Notes: a model not told the origin generated them from the sequence alone. A stretch of DNA of 63,555 nt, filler included, from Reticulomyxa filosa (GCA_000512085.1; 17 parts of 17 records of this genome joined end to end with filler, not necessarily neighbours in it), one strand, 5' to 3'; numbered from the whole stretch's first letter, positions 11,978 to 25,615 are shown. Numbers and translations: made by a program.

Positions 11978-13856
11978 NNNNNNNNNNNNNNNNNNNNNNN
12001 NNNNNNNNNNNNNNNNNNNNNTTAATTAATTAANNNNNNNNNNNNNNNNNNNNNNNNNNNNNNNNNNNNNNNNNNNNAACATCTTTATAACGTATATTTA
12101 ATATTTATGCATACGTGTGTGATATAATGTTGATTGAACTTTTTGAATAGATCTTTAAAGGTATGCAAATGGAAATGGGCAAGTTGTTGCTGTTCATATT
12201 ACTATTGGTGCTGAAGTGAATCCAAAGCAATAATGGTAATAGTAATAGCAGCGGCGTACATTGCTTATGGATCATGGTATAATTTGAAAAAAAAATAAAG
12301 TGCTCATTATTGATTGAAAGTGGTGAGCTGTGCAACCTATGTTCCAAGTTATAATATTTTTTTATAATGTGATTGGAGAATACTTGAAATACGTATACAC
12401 ACATATATAACATAGGTCTCAAAGAATACAATATATATCAATCGAACATTGAAAAGTGATGGTGATGCAGCAAGCAAAGGTGAAGCCAAACAATGCCAAT
12501 TTTGTGGTATTGCAAGTATTGATATTTGCCTCAAGTGTTGTTTGTTTGTCCTAATTGTAATTTCTTTTTGATTTTTTTATTTTAATAATTGAACATCTTC
12601 TCCATCTCACCTAATTTCTTATCAAATTATATTCATTCCAAAAAATTTCTAAATTTGAATATTTTGAGTCTAAAAGAATGTTCAAATCGAATCTATCTGC
12701 ATATTTGGTTTTCATTTGGGTCTTTGAAAAAACTCTATGATAATATGCAATGGACTATTCTACTATTTAGGGTTGGTGCCAAAAAAAAAAAGTGCTCTAA
12801 AAGAGCCCACGCGAAAGCGTCAACTGTACGAAATAGGAATTGATTTTCTCACTGTTCTTGGCAAAAAGACCACGAATAGTATCTTCTTGCTATCAAGAAT
12901 ACCTACAAGAGAAAGGAACAAAAAGAGAAAGTATAGTCTGAATCCAATGAAACCAATGAAAGCAAAAATGGCAGTAATGTTGTGATTGAAGTCGGGGAGA
13001 TATGCAAATTCTTTGGCCATAAAAATGAACAAAGGACTATGAAAATTCCAAAGAGAGCTTTCTAAAAAAAAAGATATCACTCGTAGTTTTGTTTGATAAT
13101 TGATTGTAATTGTTGCAAGAGACAGTAAAACATTACAGCTCAAGTACTATAATTGCGAGCGTATTTGATGTGTTCTTGACGTTTCCATGTCACAATTAAT
13201 ANNNNNNNNNNNNNNNNNNNNNNNNNNNNNNNNNNNNNNNNNNNNTTAATTAATTAANNNNNNNNNNNNNNNNNNNNNNNNNNNNNNNNNNNNNNNNNNN
13301 NAGTGCACAGCTTGACATAGTTATGTGTGTGCATTCCCGTTGAAACAGTTGTGTCCTTGCTGTGGTGTTGCTCTTCAAATTCGGGATCATTCAGCAGTGC
13401 TCGACGCAGCAAGTAGTCGCTCTTTTGCGCATCGTTTAGGACCTTGTGTACGGATGGCAAGGTGTTGGTGACAGCTATCGTGATTTCTTTTTTGCACAAA
13501 TATTTTTATTCTTTTTACAACATTTTATTGAACTCAATAATTTTTTAAAAAAAATTTAACTTTGCGTTTTTACTGAAACGTTGTTTACCAAAAGTACGTA
13601 AACATTGTGAAAATTAACACAAATATTGCTTAACTAATGCTTTGCTTAGTGTAAAAATGAATTTTTTTGAAATCAATGATATGTATATTACGAAGCAATG
13701 AAATTCCGAAATTGGGATCATTGCGAAACTGAGTTAAAATGTAACTTAAACAGTAAATTAAAAACATAAAAAAAGCTTTAATCAACACCAACTACAAGAA
13801 AACAGTGAAATGAAACAAGAAGAAAATATGAACATTTTTGGTGTTAATTGTTCCAT

Positions 13857-16181
13857 TTAATTGTCATTTGTGATCTGGTTAAGAACTAAGTCCGTGACTA
13901 CGTGAGGACGGTTAAGTTTTTCGCTGGTGTTTAAATCTTTCAGACAACGATCGCTGGCCAAAATAGTTTGAGAAAAAGACTCTGCATAGTGTTTGGCATA
14001 TTGAATTGGCGAAGGCTGTGCAGTGCCTCCCAACGGGAAGGGGACACTAAAAGCAAACATATACGTCAGGCCAAAGACAAATTGAAATAGATCCATTGCA
14101 GAGCCTTTGGCAGCTGCCTTGTCGTTGGCCAAGTTCAGGCCGTCTAATAGTACAATATAACGAACAGGCCGTGTTTTTTCTTTTTTAGAGCGATGATAGC
14201 CAAAAATGATGAAATCCCATAAACGATCGGATAAGACATGATCAAACACAACGCACGGTACGTCTAATTGTCTGACTGAGACAGTGTGTTCGTCCCATTT
14301 TCCAAAGCGATCGATTGTGTTTTTATTGCAAAGCAGGTACTCTAAGGCAGGCCTCCATTTTTTTAACTTCCAAGCGTCTCGAAACATGCTCAATGCACGT
14401 TGAATTCCGACAACCTCTTTGGTAAACAACTCTTGGATTTGGCCATCGGCAACACCATCTCGAAAGATCCAAATGCAACCAGGCAAGCTTTTTTTCTCGC
14501 GAAGCGTGGCTTGGTATCCCTCTTCAAGTACCTGATACATTACGTTCACCATATTGGAAAACCCAACGATCTCTTTTCGACTGGGATTTAAATCTGTTCA
14601 CAGTGCACACTCAAGTTTTTTTTTTTTTTTTTTAAATAACAAAAAAAAAACAGAGACTTTGTGTTAATTTTAAAAAAAAAAAAAAAAAAATAACAATAAC
14701 ACGAAACGGCATAAGAAATGCATCTGTCGGAGTGATCCTTGAAAAGGGTCTCGCGAAAGGCTGATCATGACCACCGAGGGTTTGTTGACCACGTGGGATA
14801 CGTCGACACCTACAACCCAGCAATCATTGGGATTGATAAAAGTGGCTCCATGTGGCAAACAAGGATTAATGCGATAAGGAACATTTCCAAACTTGATCAT
14901 GATATCCTCAAAAGTGCCCAAACAGGCATTATTGTTATTGCAAGTGGCAGCTTGAATGCACTGGACCATGACCGGAACAGGGAAATTGGGTTTTTGCACC
15001 GCTTTGGTAAAGCGAGCTTTGACCTCGCTACCGCGAATGCCTTCGGGGAGTATGAGCACTAAAAACTCGTCTCCACGTCGCACCGTGTCGTTGTAGAAAG
15101 ACTCGTCCATCAGGTCGGACACAGGACGAGGCTGCGGACATAAAATTGGACCTGTTTCGAAATCGAACCTTCGTTTTTTGCAATACTCCTCCCAAGCGTA
15201 TACAAAAGATTGATACGACTTTTCATCGTTCTTAGTGCGGTCACGAGGATTGCTTTCGAATACGACCCCCCATTGTCGCAGTTGTTTCGTGCCGTCCAAA
15301 AAGCCACGACACAAACTGTACTTAAAATTATCCACCGGATTTTCTATCGGTCCTTCGTCGCTGTAAATTATTATCTTTGGCATTTGCAATACGTACGCCG
15401 GAGTTGTCATCGATTCCTCTTCGATTTCAAAATCAATGTCCAATTTGTCACTCTCGTTATCGACGTCGATACGTACATTGCTATTCTTACCCTCCTCCTC
15501 TTCTTCCTCTTCCTCACTATTGATCGAATTACTCTTACTTTGGTCTTTGGCTTTGTTTTTATTTCTGCTTTTTTTATTTGCTTCCGCTTTGCTGCTATGG
15601 TGTTGACTAATTTGTTGCACAAAGTCTTCAATACGACTCAATCGTTCTTTGGTGGAAGGATTGACGTACTCCAATACGTTTTCATACACCGCGTCGGACT
15701 GTTTCGATGTGATCGTCAATCGAATGTGCTGTGGCAAAAACACTGCTCCGCCTTTGTCCTTCACCACGCACATTTCTTGCTTTGGTGATTTGATCCCATA
15801 CGTTTTCTGCAAATAGTCTTTGTATGATATCTTTCCCCCACTTTGCAACTCAAAGGAACTGTGTTCGCTTTGGCTCCAATCCAGGCTATGCAACTGTAAG
15901 TTCCGCTTTTGATACGATAGCAAAAAATGTCGATTTATCAATTCACGCTCTGCCCTCTCTCGAAATTCTTCTATGCTTCGGCTTTGTTGGCGCATCAATT
16001 CCAACCGTTCGTTCACCTTTTTTTTTTTTTTATTAAACATATCTCATGCAAGTGTATATACGTATAAACGTATACAAAACTGTCGCTCTCTCAACCAGTT
16101 TGTGCGATAAATCCGCTTTGAACACTGTCCATTGTTTGTCACCTCGTTTCGGTAAAATACGCATTGAACACTCAAATCCAC
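13857..16181 (-). CDS. Divergent PIWI/Argonaute protein #1 (L1-PAZ-L2-MID-PIWI; N-terminus truncated by contig end)
   Basis: L1 GFECSMR...KADLSHKLVERATV; PAZ FELQSGGKISYKDYLQKTYGI...AVFLPQ; MID VQCI...IMIKFGNVPY; PIWI VVGVDVSH, RKEIV (after the intron at ~14595-14706), IFRDGVADGQ, RPVRYIVLLD, LTYMF and PSPIQYAKH. Confidence 0.92.
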
Positions 16182-16353
16182 TAATTATTGCCAAAAAAAA
16201 AAAAAAAAAAAAAAATAGTATGTTATTTAGTAAGTAAGTTTAAATTAGTTAAGNNNNNNNNNNNNNNNNNNNNNNNNNNNNNNNNNNNNNNNNNNNNTTA
16301 ATTAATTAANNNNNNNNNNNNNNNNNNNNNNNNNNNNNNNNNNNNNNNNNNNN

Positions 16354-16874
16354 TGCAGTGTTCTCCTTGGGAATCAAAACCTGAAAACTTGCACAATTTT
16401 ATGGAAAAAATTCAGCCAGATTATGGATGGGGAAATAAAGCAATTGAAGTTGGATTGGCTCATGTCAATAGAGAAATTGAGAAAGGAGAAGTTTCGCAGG
16501 TTATTTTAATTGGTGATGCTTCAGCAAATACAAAGGAAGAGGTATTGAGCAAAAGAAGCACCCGAGGAGAGCAGTATTGGAAAAATACGAAATTATTTCC
16601 CACTCCCACATACTGTGAAAATGAACTTAGTCGTTTGAAAAAACATAATGTTCCTGTTCATGCCTTTTTTACTGGAATCTTTGCAAAACAAGGTTTTGCA
16701 GCTATAGCCACAGCTACAAATGGCCGATGCGAACAATTGGACATTAATTCAAATAGAGGCTCAGAGCAATTGACTGATCTAGTCTCTGAGGAAGTTCTCA
16801 GAAATGCAGGAGGTGCAAATGGAAACGATTTTGTGGAAGCATACCGAGCCAAATTCTCGAAATCATTTACTTGA
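16354..16874 (+). CDS. von Willebrand factor A-like domain protein, C-terminal part
   Basis: GWGNKAIEVGLAH...VSQVILIGDA...VPVHAF...FAAIATATNGRC fits the second half of a VWA Rossmann fold. Confidence 0.7.
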
Positions 16875-18309
16875 TACATTTTATCTTTTGGATAATCTCT
16901 TTTGTGCATTTGTGTGAACATAAGATGTAATTTTCTATTCAATGCCCGAAAATTTGTTTTGGTAAATGATGGTATTATTTTCCTAAGAATTGGAGAATGT
17001 AAATACTTCTTTTTTTGTTCCAAAAGAATGAGAAAATTACATGTGAAATTTGTTACATTTTTTCCTTTGTTTATCAGTTTAAAAAAAGAATATGGCTGAA
17101 ATTCAATAAAATAATTCCAAAATCATTCAGTATTTTGTGATAAATTTGCATTTTTGTTGTAAGTTTTCTCGTTCGCAGAACACGACAGAATTTAATACCT
17201 AAAACAGCCAACTTTTTAAACATTTTCGAAAATGTTCCACTATAAATATTTTGCATCAATTTTTCCAAAAAATAACAAGATTTCGCAATGGAAATGAATA
17301 ACAAACATTTGTTGAAAAAATGCGTTAAAAATAAAAATTATTAATAGAGTTAAAAAAAGAAATAAATGATGATAAAATAATTTTATGTTAAGAATATTAT
17401 AATTTAAATGAAATCTTTTTTAAATTTGATTTGTTAATTTTTTTTTGACTTTAATATTGTGCAAAAATTTCAAAAAAAACTTCTATTTTTTTTGCAAACT
17501 ACTGTATTGTAAATCAGAAAAAGTCAACAGTAATATGAAACATATTTTACAAAGTGTTATGCTTAGTAAATTTTAAATTTTCAATTTATGATGCTAGGTT
17601 GCCCTTTTTAATTTACTTTCGTATTAGGACGACATGCTACCAAACATATGGAAGAAATACTTGGGGAAGAGATCAAACAATGTCGAGAGGATGTAAACTA
17701 GAATTATAAAGTTCTTTGAAAGAGTAGAACAAGCAAGAGATACAAATGAAAACGAGTATGTTAGCATACAGAACCAAATTCTCAAAATCGTTTACTTAAT
17801 ACATTTTATTTTGTTTTTTGAAAACTGTCAAAGAGTTTGATCATTTGTTTATTATTTGCTTCAAAGGAATTGATAGACTCTTTTTTTTGCTTCAAAGTAT
17901 AAGAAAATTAATCAATTAAAAAAAATGATTGAAATTTATCAAAGAATCATTTAGTAATTTGTAAAAATACTACATTAATATGTTTTTTAATATTCGAATT
18001 CAATATCAGATAATTTGTGTAAGACGAAAAAATGTTTAAACATTTTTTTCTCTCAAAAAAAAGGATGACATAATTCTCTCAAAATTGAAAAAAAATATTG
18101 TAATTTTCATTTTTTTTATAAGATTGGCGCTTTTTTTAAAAAGGAAAAATTCTACGCATATGCTTTAAAACCAATAAACAAATTTTGCTTTGTGTCTTAT
18201 TCACAAAGGAATAGGAGAGATGAAATGCAATCGAGGCATGCAGGATAATAGCAATGACAATTATAATGAAAAAACAGAAATATGTTAAAACGATTCAATT
18301 ACAAAATAT

Positions 18310-19150
18310 ATTAACTGGAAAACAAATTCAAATATAAAAGGACATTTTGATAGTATATTTTCATCAGATAGCTCAAAGGTTATTTCATATTCAAGTGATA
18401 AAACTACGAATATGGGATATATCTTCAAACATTGATTGTAAAACAATGTGATGGACAAACTTCAACAGCATTGTTATATTTTGTTCATAATATTTATAAT
18501 AATAATTTAATACAGGCAAGCACAGTCTTTATGATTGACACATTTTGCTCATCATCCAAATTAATTAGTACATTCACTGGACATACTAATATTGTGTGTA
18601 GTATAGAGTATGGGATGTTGACAATAAACAAATTCAATCATTTAATAAGCATTCAAGTGCTGTAAGTTGTGCCAAATTTTCATAATCATCGTCATGTCAT
18701 TTGTTTTTTATTTGGATTGGTGAGATTGAATTTTCGCCATTTAATGGTGGCCGATATTTGTGTTCTGACAAAACTATTCGTTTATGGGATGTTGAAACAG
18801 CTAAATCATTATATGTTTTTGATGGACATGAAGACCGTTTTTGGTGTGGATTTTTCACCACTATAAAATAGTAATGATATTGATGTGATTTGTGGTAATG
18901 GATATACAATTTGTTCTGGATTACCATTTGTACATAGGGTATGCTGTTGAGTATTCATTTATAATAAATAGTAGTGGTGATATGCTCTGGGTCACGTGAT
19001 AATACAATTCGATTTTGTGATTTTCGATCAAATGTAATTAAAGGAGATGAAAGAGATAAAGAAATAATATGTTTTAAATTTATGTCATTAAAAAAGAAAT
19101 TAAACAATGTTAATTTATGTTATGATCCAATTCATATTTGGGATGAATAA
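18310..19150 (+). pseudogene. Decayed WD40-repeat gene
   Basis: Fragments KGHFDSIFSSDSSKVISYSSDKT, FTGHTNIVCSIEY, SDKTIRLWDVET..FDGHED and SGSRDNTIRF are spread over different frames with stops. Confidence 0.8.
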
Positions 19151-19346
19151 AATTTTGTAATATGGTGATATGGACAAAATTTTTTTTTGCCCCATTTCAT
19201 TGATTTGTGATCATATTACAAGTACATAGAGAAAATATACAATATCNNNNNNNNNNNNNNNNNNNNNNNNNNNNNNNNNNNNNNNNNNNNTTAATTAATT
19301 AANNNNNNNNNNNNNNNNNNNNNNNNNNNNNNNNNNNNNNNNNNNN

Positions 19347-19846
19347 TTACTGACTTTTCGAGCAAAGAGTGAATATCATGAACAATAAGCACGTGTGGGG
19401 GTTCATTTCCGAATTTATGAAATTGTGTCAAAAATTTGGTGAGCTCTTCAATGGTTGTTATATTTTCTTATTTACATTTTTTTTTTTTTTTTTTTTTTTT
19501 TTGGGTTGTTTCGCCTCCCCCTTTTTTTAGTTTTATCTTTAACTTCATTTGAATTTGACGGAACAGGTCTGTGTGTTGGTCAACACGAAAGTGAGAGGGC
19601 AAGCGAGGGAGTGTCCCTTTCGTGAAAATTGCTTTGTTGCAGACAAATATCACCCGATTTCCCTTCATGGTGTGAGATAGACCAGTCTGAAATAACAACG
19701 ACACCAAATCGCTATTGTTTTATTTTTGATTCGATTACGTCCCTCGACAAGGCGAAAGAGAGCCCATAAAAAAAGGTAGTAAAACCACCACACCAGTTTT
19801 CAGTACCAGCAATCAAGCAATTTTTATCATCTGTGGCACAAAACAT
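19347..19846 (-). CDS. SWSAP1-like RecA/RAD51-paralog-fold protein (3' truncated, start uncertain)
   Basis: The spliced translation CLIAGTENCDLVSLLFQTGLSHTMKGNRVIFVC...LFRQIQMKYITTIEELTKFLTQFH...PHVLIVHDI follows the SWSAP1 pattern (LLLG.....TALLF...VLFL...IRFQY....EL..LL...PSLLLLD). Confidence 0.5.
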
Positions 19847-20068
19847 CGGAAATGCTTGGTATATTGGGTTCAATATTACAATTATAAATGAAAGGGCCCC
19901 TCCCAACTGAATTTTTTAATTTAGAGTGTCTTTAAAACAACTGAGTGCTGACAAGTTCTAAAGAGAAAAAGCGAAAGCCAATAGCAAACGTTTAGCTTTT
20001 CAACTGAAAGAAAAAAGGAAGAAAAGTGGAAGGGGACAAGAACAGTTTTCAGTTCGTCAGTTTGAATT

Positions 20069-22669
20069 ATGCGTTCAATATTGTTGAGCATATTTCCATT
20101 TTTGTTTGTTCAGTGTTGTATTAATGCTGCGTCAACTCGGTATCCGAACATACTTTTTCTGATCGATGAATCAACGGAGGCAAGTGCGTACTTCATGGGT
20201 AATCCCAAGGCAGCACCAATGCCGATCCCAAATCTGCAACATTTAATGAAAGAAGGTGTTGCATTTACAAACCATTACGTTGCAGCGCCAGTTGTGTTGG
20301 TAAATGTTGACCTCTTTGAGTCCTCTTTTTCTGTTTCTGTCTCTTTCAATTTGTTTTTTTTTCAATGATATGAAAAATGACTAGCCCTTCCCGAGCTTCA
20401 CTGATCAGTGGACGACATGTCCATAAAATTGGTCACTACCAAGAAAACCCAAGCACAGGTCTATATGTAGATGGTGCCTGGAACAACCACGAAGTAAGTA
20501 TACGGTACTTTGTGCAATGACCTGTTTTCAAACATGCAGTCAACTGGGTGATATTGTAAAAAAAAAAAAAAAAAAGGGAATTGCCATCCAATTTCAGTGA
20601 ATCCTTTTTTGATGTATTGGAACATGCAGGGTATGCATACAAAGTGTTTGGGAAAAAAGATTGGAGTGCAGGTGGTCACACAGTAAGCTGTCGAGTCGCA
20701 GCATGGGCAAACAAAGTCAAATTTCCATACACTTTGGATGGAAATGCTTCCGGGTAATATACATATTTGCATACAAATATGTATATTTCTTTGCACATTG
20801 GCACAAAACGAGTAACGATAATATACACTTGGCCAAACAAAAATTTGATCAGATGGTTCGAGGAAACAGGACCAGTTTTTGATGGTTAATATATGCATTT
20901 GCTATATGTATGAGAAGACATACATATACATATACATATACATATATATATATGTATATGTACATATTCACTGAATTGTGTGTTTCAACGACTTAATTAG
21001 ACATCAACACAACCAATCCCGATGCAACGACACACCAAGGAGATTTGGGAAATGCCGAAAATTTGGTAAATTGGGTAAAGCAACAGAGCAAACCCTGGTT
21101 TGTGTGTGTATGTGTGTCTGTGAAATGATATTGTGTGTACAGTCCGTGCAAATGCTACGCACATGCATACGTACATGCATACGTACAATGTATAATAAAA
21201 ACAATGCTCTTAATAAACAGGGTGGCATATTTCGCTCCCAGCATCTGTCATCCTCCATACTCGACAACAACATATTGGTTGTCTCAAGTGAACCAATCAC
21301 TGATAACAATTCCGACTTGGGTGCCAATAGAGGACATGCACATCGAAGACTACTTTTCCAGTATGAAAAAGAAAATGTTTGGAGGAGATCCTGACTGTTG
21401 CACCGATGAGTACAAAAAAACAATTCGGACTCACTATTATGCTTTGGTCGCCGAATACGATTCCATGTTGGGTTACATTTTCAATGGAATACAGCAAGTA
21501 TGTTTCCACTCCCATTCTTTCACAATATATACATAAATATATTTATATTTATATTATATTTATATTTATACCATTGTTTGTGTGAGTATGCAATTCGACA
21601 ATTTTTTTCCCGCAACACAATTCACCTTCATTTGTTACAAATAGGCCGGAAAATGGAATGACACCTGGATTGTTGCAACCAGTGACCATGGCGATATGGT
21701 CCTTTTTTTTAAAAAAAAAAAAAAAATCCAATTGAACCTTTTTTTTGTTCTGTTCAGAGCCAGTTAAATTTCACAATCTATACGTATGCTTTGTTGATAA
21801 TAGAATATGGAGCATCAGCAGTATTACAAAATGGTTAGTGTATTGTATGAAATTGAGTATATGTATATGCATATATAATATATATATACATATATACACA
21901 CGCATGTTTACAAAGGTATTCTTTGATGGGTCGTCGCGAGTGCCTTTGATAATATCAGCAGGAAACAAAATAGAAATCAATCGCAACGTAGTTATAAATA
22001 ATCTTACATCCTCGTTGGATTTGTTTCCGACTCTGTTGGCGATGGCGAATGTCTCTGTCCCTGCGAATATCAGCTCCAAATTGGATGGCTACAACATTTT
22101 GCCTTTCGTTACAAACAAAAACTACAGCAATGAAAATATTCGTCCCAATTATATCATGTCCCAATTCCACGGGGATGATATTCATTTGTCTTGGTTTATG
22201 TTACGAAAAGTTACTTGCAATTAGTCTCACTTTCATTTCGTAGTTTTATGGCTTCCTTTTTTTTTTTTTAAACTCCATGTTTTGCTTGGAAATCTAAAAA
22301 TAGGACAATTGGAAATATGTCACATATGGCTCTGGACACGAGGTTCCTGTTCGTTTGTATGACATGGTCAATGATCCGAATGAAATGAATGACCTGGGAC
22401 AAAATGATACGTATGACTCTGTTGTTGCCCAAATGGACACCCTCTTACGAAGCATCATCGATTATCCAAGTATAGCTACAAATGTAGAGGCTTACAACAA
22501 AGACTCCTTTGTCTTGTGGAGAGATGCTTTCCCGAACCAAACAAGTTACATGGAAACTATATCTAGCTTACGCTGGAATGTCAGCTGGACTTATGATCCC
22601 CCTGCTTGCTATTTGGCCATTGACGAATGGCTCAAAACTCCTAATGACACATTTTTTTGGGCCTTTTAG
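20069..22669 (+). CDS. ARSK: Secreted/lysosomal sulfatase, arylsulfatase K-like (multi-exon)
   Basis: Signal peptide, PNILFLIDES, PSRASLISG, AWNNHE, GYAYKVFGKKDWSAGGHTVSCRVAAWA, CHPPY, YYALVAEYD, TSDHGD, RVPLII, DLFPTL, SQFHG and YDMVNDPNE. Confidence 0.85.
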
Positions 22670-23098
22670 ATTAAACTATTGAAGTGTTGGATTGTTGTTT
22701 ACCTTACCACTTTTTTGGTTCATATTGAACCGCTATGTGATATAAACCCCAATATTTTTCTGTACTTTTATTTCATTCACATGAAAATCATATTAGCGTA
22801 ATTGCTCAATCAACTGATAAGAAATTTGTATAGAAAATCTGCTATCAAAAAACTTGGAAAAACGATACTTTTTTGCAAATATGAGGTTGATCACTTGATC
22901 TTGCCCAATATCTTCAATCACCAAAATAATTTTAGAAAAGTAGTGAATTTTTAAATTATTTCACCCAAAAAAAGACTTTCCACTTCGATTTAGGAAGAAT
23001 TAAGCACAGGACAGGCTTTGATTATTGTTATCAGCCACAAGGTGTCACAACAAGAAATTATTTACAACAGTATCTTTATTCTACTGAAAACGAGGAAA

Positions 23099-25615
23099 AT
23101 GTACACACCGTCAAAAGTGGTAAGGACTTCTGTCACCACTTCAAGCAAAAGAAAGAGGGCCTTATTGCTCAAAACTGCTAAACAAGATCAATTCCTGAAA
23201 CTTCCAACCGTTCTTATTCATCACATTTTTGGTAATGTTATGTGTTGTTTCGTTTTACACTACACATTTTCACATTTTTGATTGGTTTGAAAAAAAAGAC
23301 TTTCTCGATTTGAAAGAGCTACTAGTCTTGCGATCAGTGAACATGTTTTTGGGAAATTTTTGTTTGACGACCTATTTTAGTGGTAATAAGTGTCCACATA
23401 AAGAATTGACATTTCTTTTGGGTTATGTTACAAGCTATTTCAATATGAAAATGCCACAACTCTTGCAAAACACGACACCAAAATCGCAATCGATCGATGA
23501 CATATCCGTAGCAGCTTACGACAAAGCCCTTGCATCTTCGGTATTATCTCAAAGAAAGAAAGCCCTATCTTTTCCTTTGGTTGGCATCAATGGCTCAGCA
23601 TCCAAACTGTCACACGACAACGGGATACCATATTATTGTCGCAGTAAATTGACCGGAATAGGAGTTTGCAATGCATCAGATTTGAACAAAAAACTAATTG
23701 TTATTTCGCAAATCCCTGATATACTTGCATTTAATTCATCCACTCAGTCGCGAGTTTTTGTTACGTGTTGTTTTGTTTTTGATAAAAAAAAATTGCTCTC
23801 TTGTTAACTATTCGATTGGGTGACAAACACAAAAAAAAAAGCTGTACGATAACACTTGGCATCACATTGCATCAGAAATGCGTTCACTGACTTTTCGAGG
23901 TTTGGTGTTATGTCAAAGTGTAAGAGGAAATCTTATTGCTGTGGGAGGTAGTAACAGCACAAAAAGTGGAGGACGGGTCGTTGTTTGGAGACTTCGTGGA
24001 GTAACAAAGTCTGAGGCTTCTCTCTCTCCTAAAGGAGATGAAAAAATATTCGAGCACAATGAAACAAACGATTTTAATAATAGCAGTTTGTATGAATAGG
24101 GGAGAGAAAGAAAAGCAATTATAAACCTTTTTTTGCTTTTATTTGGATTGATTCAACAGATGACACTCTCTATCGTGCAAAAGTTGTCGCAGAACTTACG
24201 GTATCAAGTAGTGTTAAACTTATTGATATTTCCCAAGAGTTGTCACATGTAGTATTCATGACCGAAAGCGCACACTTATGTCTGTTAAGTATTGCAGGTA
24301 GCACAAAATGTTCTAAATTAAAGTTGCACATTTTAAGAACAAAAAAATCAAACAAAACAAAAAGATGGAATTTAAACAATAAGAAATCGCAGTGCTTTTG
24401 TGCACACAATTTGAAAGCAACCGCGGCGCAGTTATCCTATAATCACTTGTACCTGAGTTCCCCAGCAGAAATTCACATACTTGACGCGAAATATGTTTTT
24501 GAAAATCAAACATATGCTTCAACCAAGCGTAACGCCGTTGCCATATTTTCAGGTTCCAAATATTTGAACAATTCTTGTTTTCGTCTATGTACTGATTTTG
24601 TAGTGGTTAATGAAATGTGCATTAATGACAGATGATGAAACATATCCAAGAGATGAAGCAGGCGAAACAGATTATTCGCAAATGCCATTTGAAAAAATTG
24701 TGACACTTTGGCAACGTTAAGTAAAAAAAGACAATAAATATTGCAAGAGAATATTGTCTTTTTTGTTGTTTATTCAACTGATAGAATGGATGGACAAAAA
24801 GAAAATTTCGGAAAAAATATATCAATTGAATTGCAATGGAGTTTGCTGGTATGTCCTCAACTCCAAAACTCTTGATTTGCTACGATTTGACCTGCCGAAG
24901 TCGTTGCAGAAAAGTGTTCCATTGAAAGAAAAGCAAAATTTCACAAAACAACAACCTCTGTCCCCGATCAATTTAGCTTCGCGCAGGACTAGTGGTGCAA
25001 ATCTTACAAGCCAACTCGTCGACGCAACAAGAACAAGTACACAAACAACTGGGCATTGCCCTAATTGGCATTCATGCAAAAAGATCGACTCCGAGTTTTG
25101 GGACTTTGTTGATCCTTGCCCAGAACCAATACCAGAACCACCAAGTTGTTGAAAATCCCTTTTTGTGCTAAGTTGAAATTTGAGATGTCTTTGAAATATA
25201 CACAATTTTTTCTTTTTGATTCGTTTTGTTATTGAGAAGACGCTTATCGTTGCCGAATCAAACTGCCTTTAAGTAGCACTGACAGGATCTGGTGTATTTG
25301 TGTATATGAAAAATTTATATTGGTGCTATCAAAAGAATTAGAACTGTTCGTGCTTGATGACTTAGGTAAAAGTTAAAGGAATTAACACTTTTCATCAAAC
25401 ATAAATCTCTTTTTGTTTGAATAGGACATTTTTGGAGGCGACAACATTTGAACATGGAAGAGATAGTCCAAGATTGGAATGATTTAACAATGACATATAC
25501 CAATGGTGCTTTGTGGTTTTTGATAAATCAAGAAAAGATTACGTGCTGCAAATTTACATTTGACAGTTACGTGGCCAAAGAATTTTCCACCACACCTACA
25601 TCCAGTCTTGCCTAA
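23099..25615 (+). CDS. F-box protein with probable beta-propeller C-terminal region (multi-exon)
   Basis: FLKLPTVLIHHIF|DFLDLKELLVLRSVN is an F-box consensus. The downstream exons are beta-rich (IAVGG...GRVVVWRL). The final exon ends ...TPTSSLA* at 25615. Confidence 0.65.

Noticed and set aside
12078-13201. Short ORFs on contig 3
   Set aside because: No recognisable motif on either strand and multiple stops. I cannot support a call.
18310-19150. Alternative genetic code or stop readthrough to explain in-frame stops
   Set aside because: Intact genes end normally at TAA/TAG/TGA, and the broken regions also contain frameshifts.
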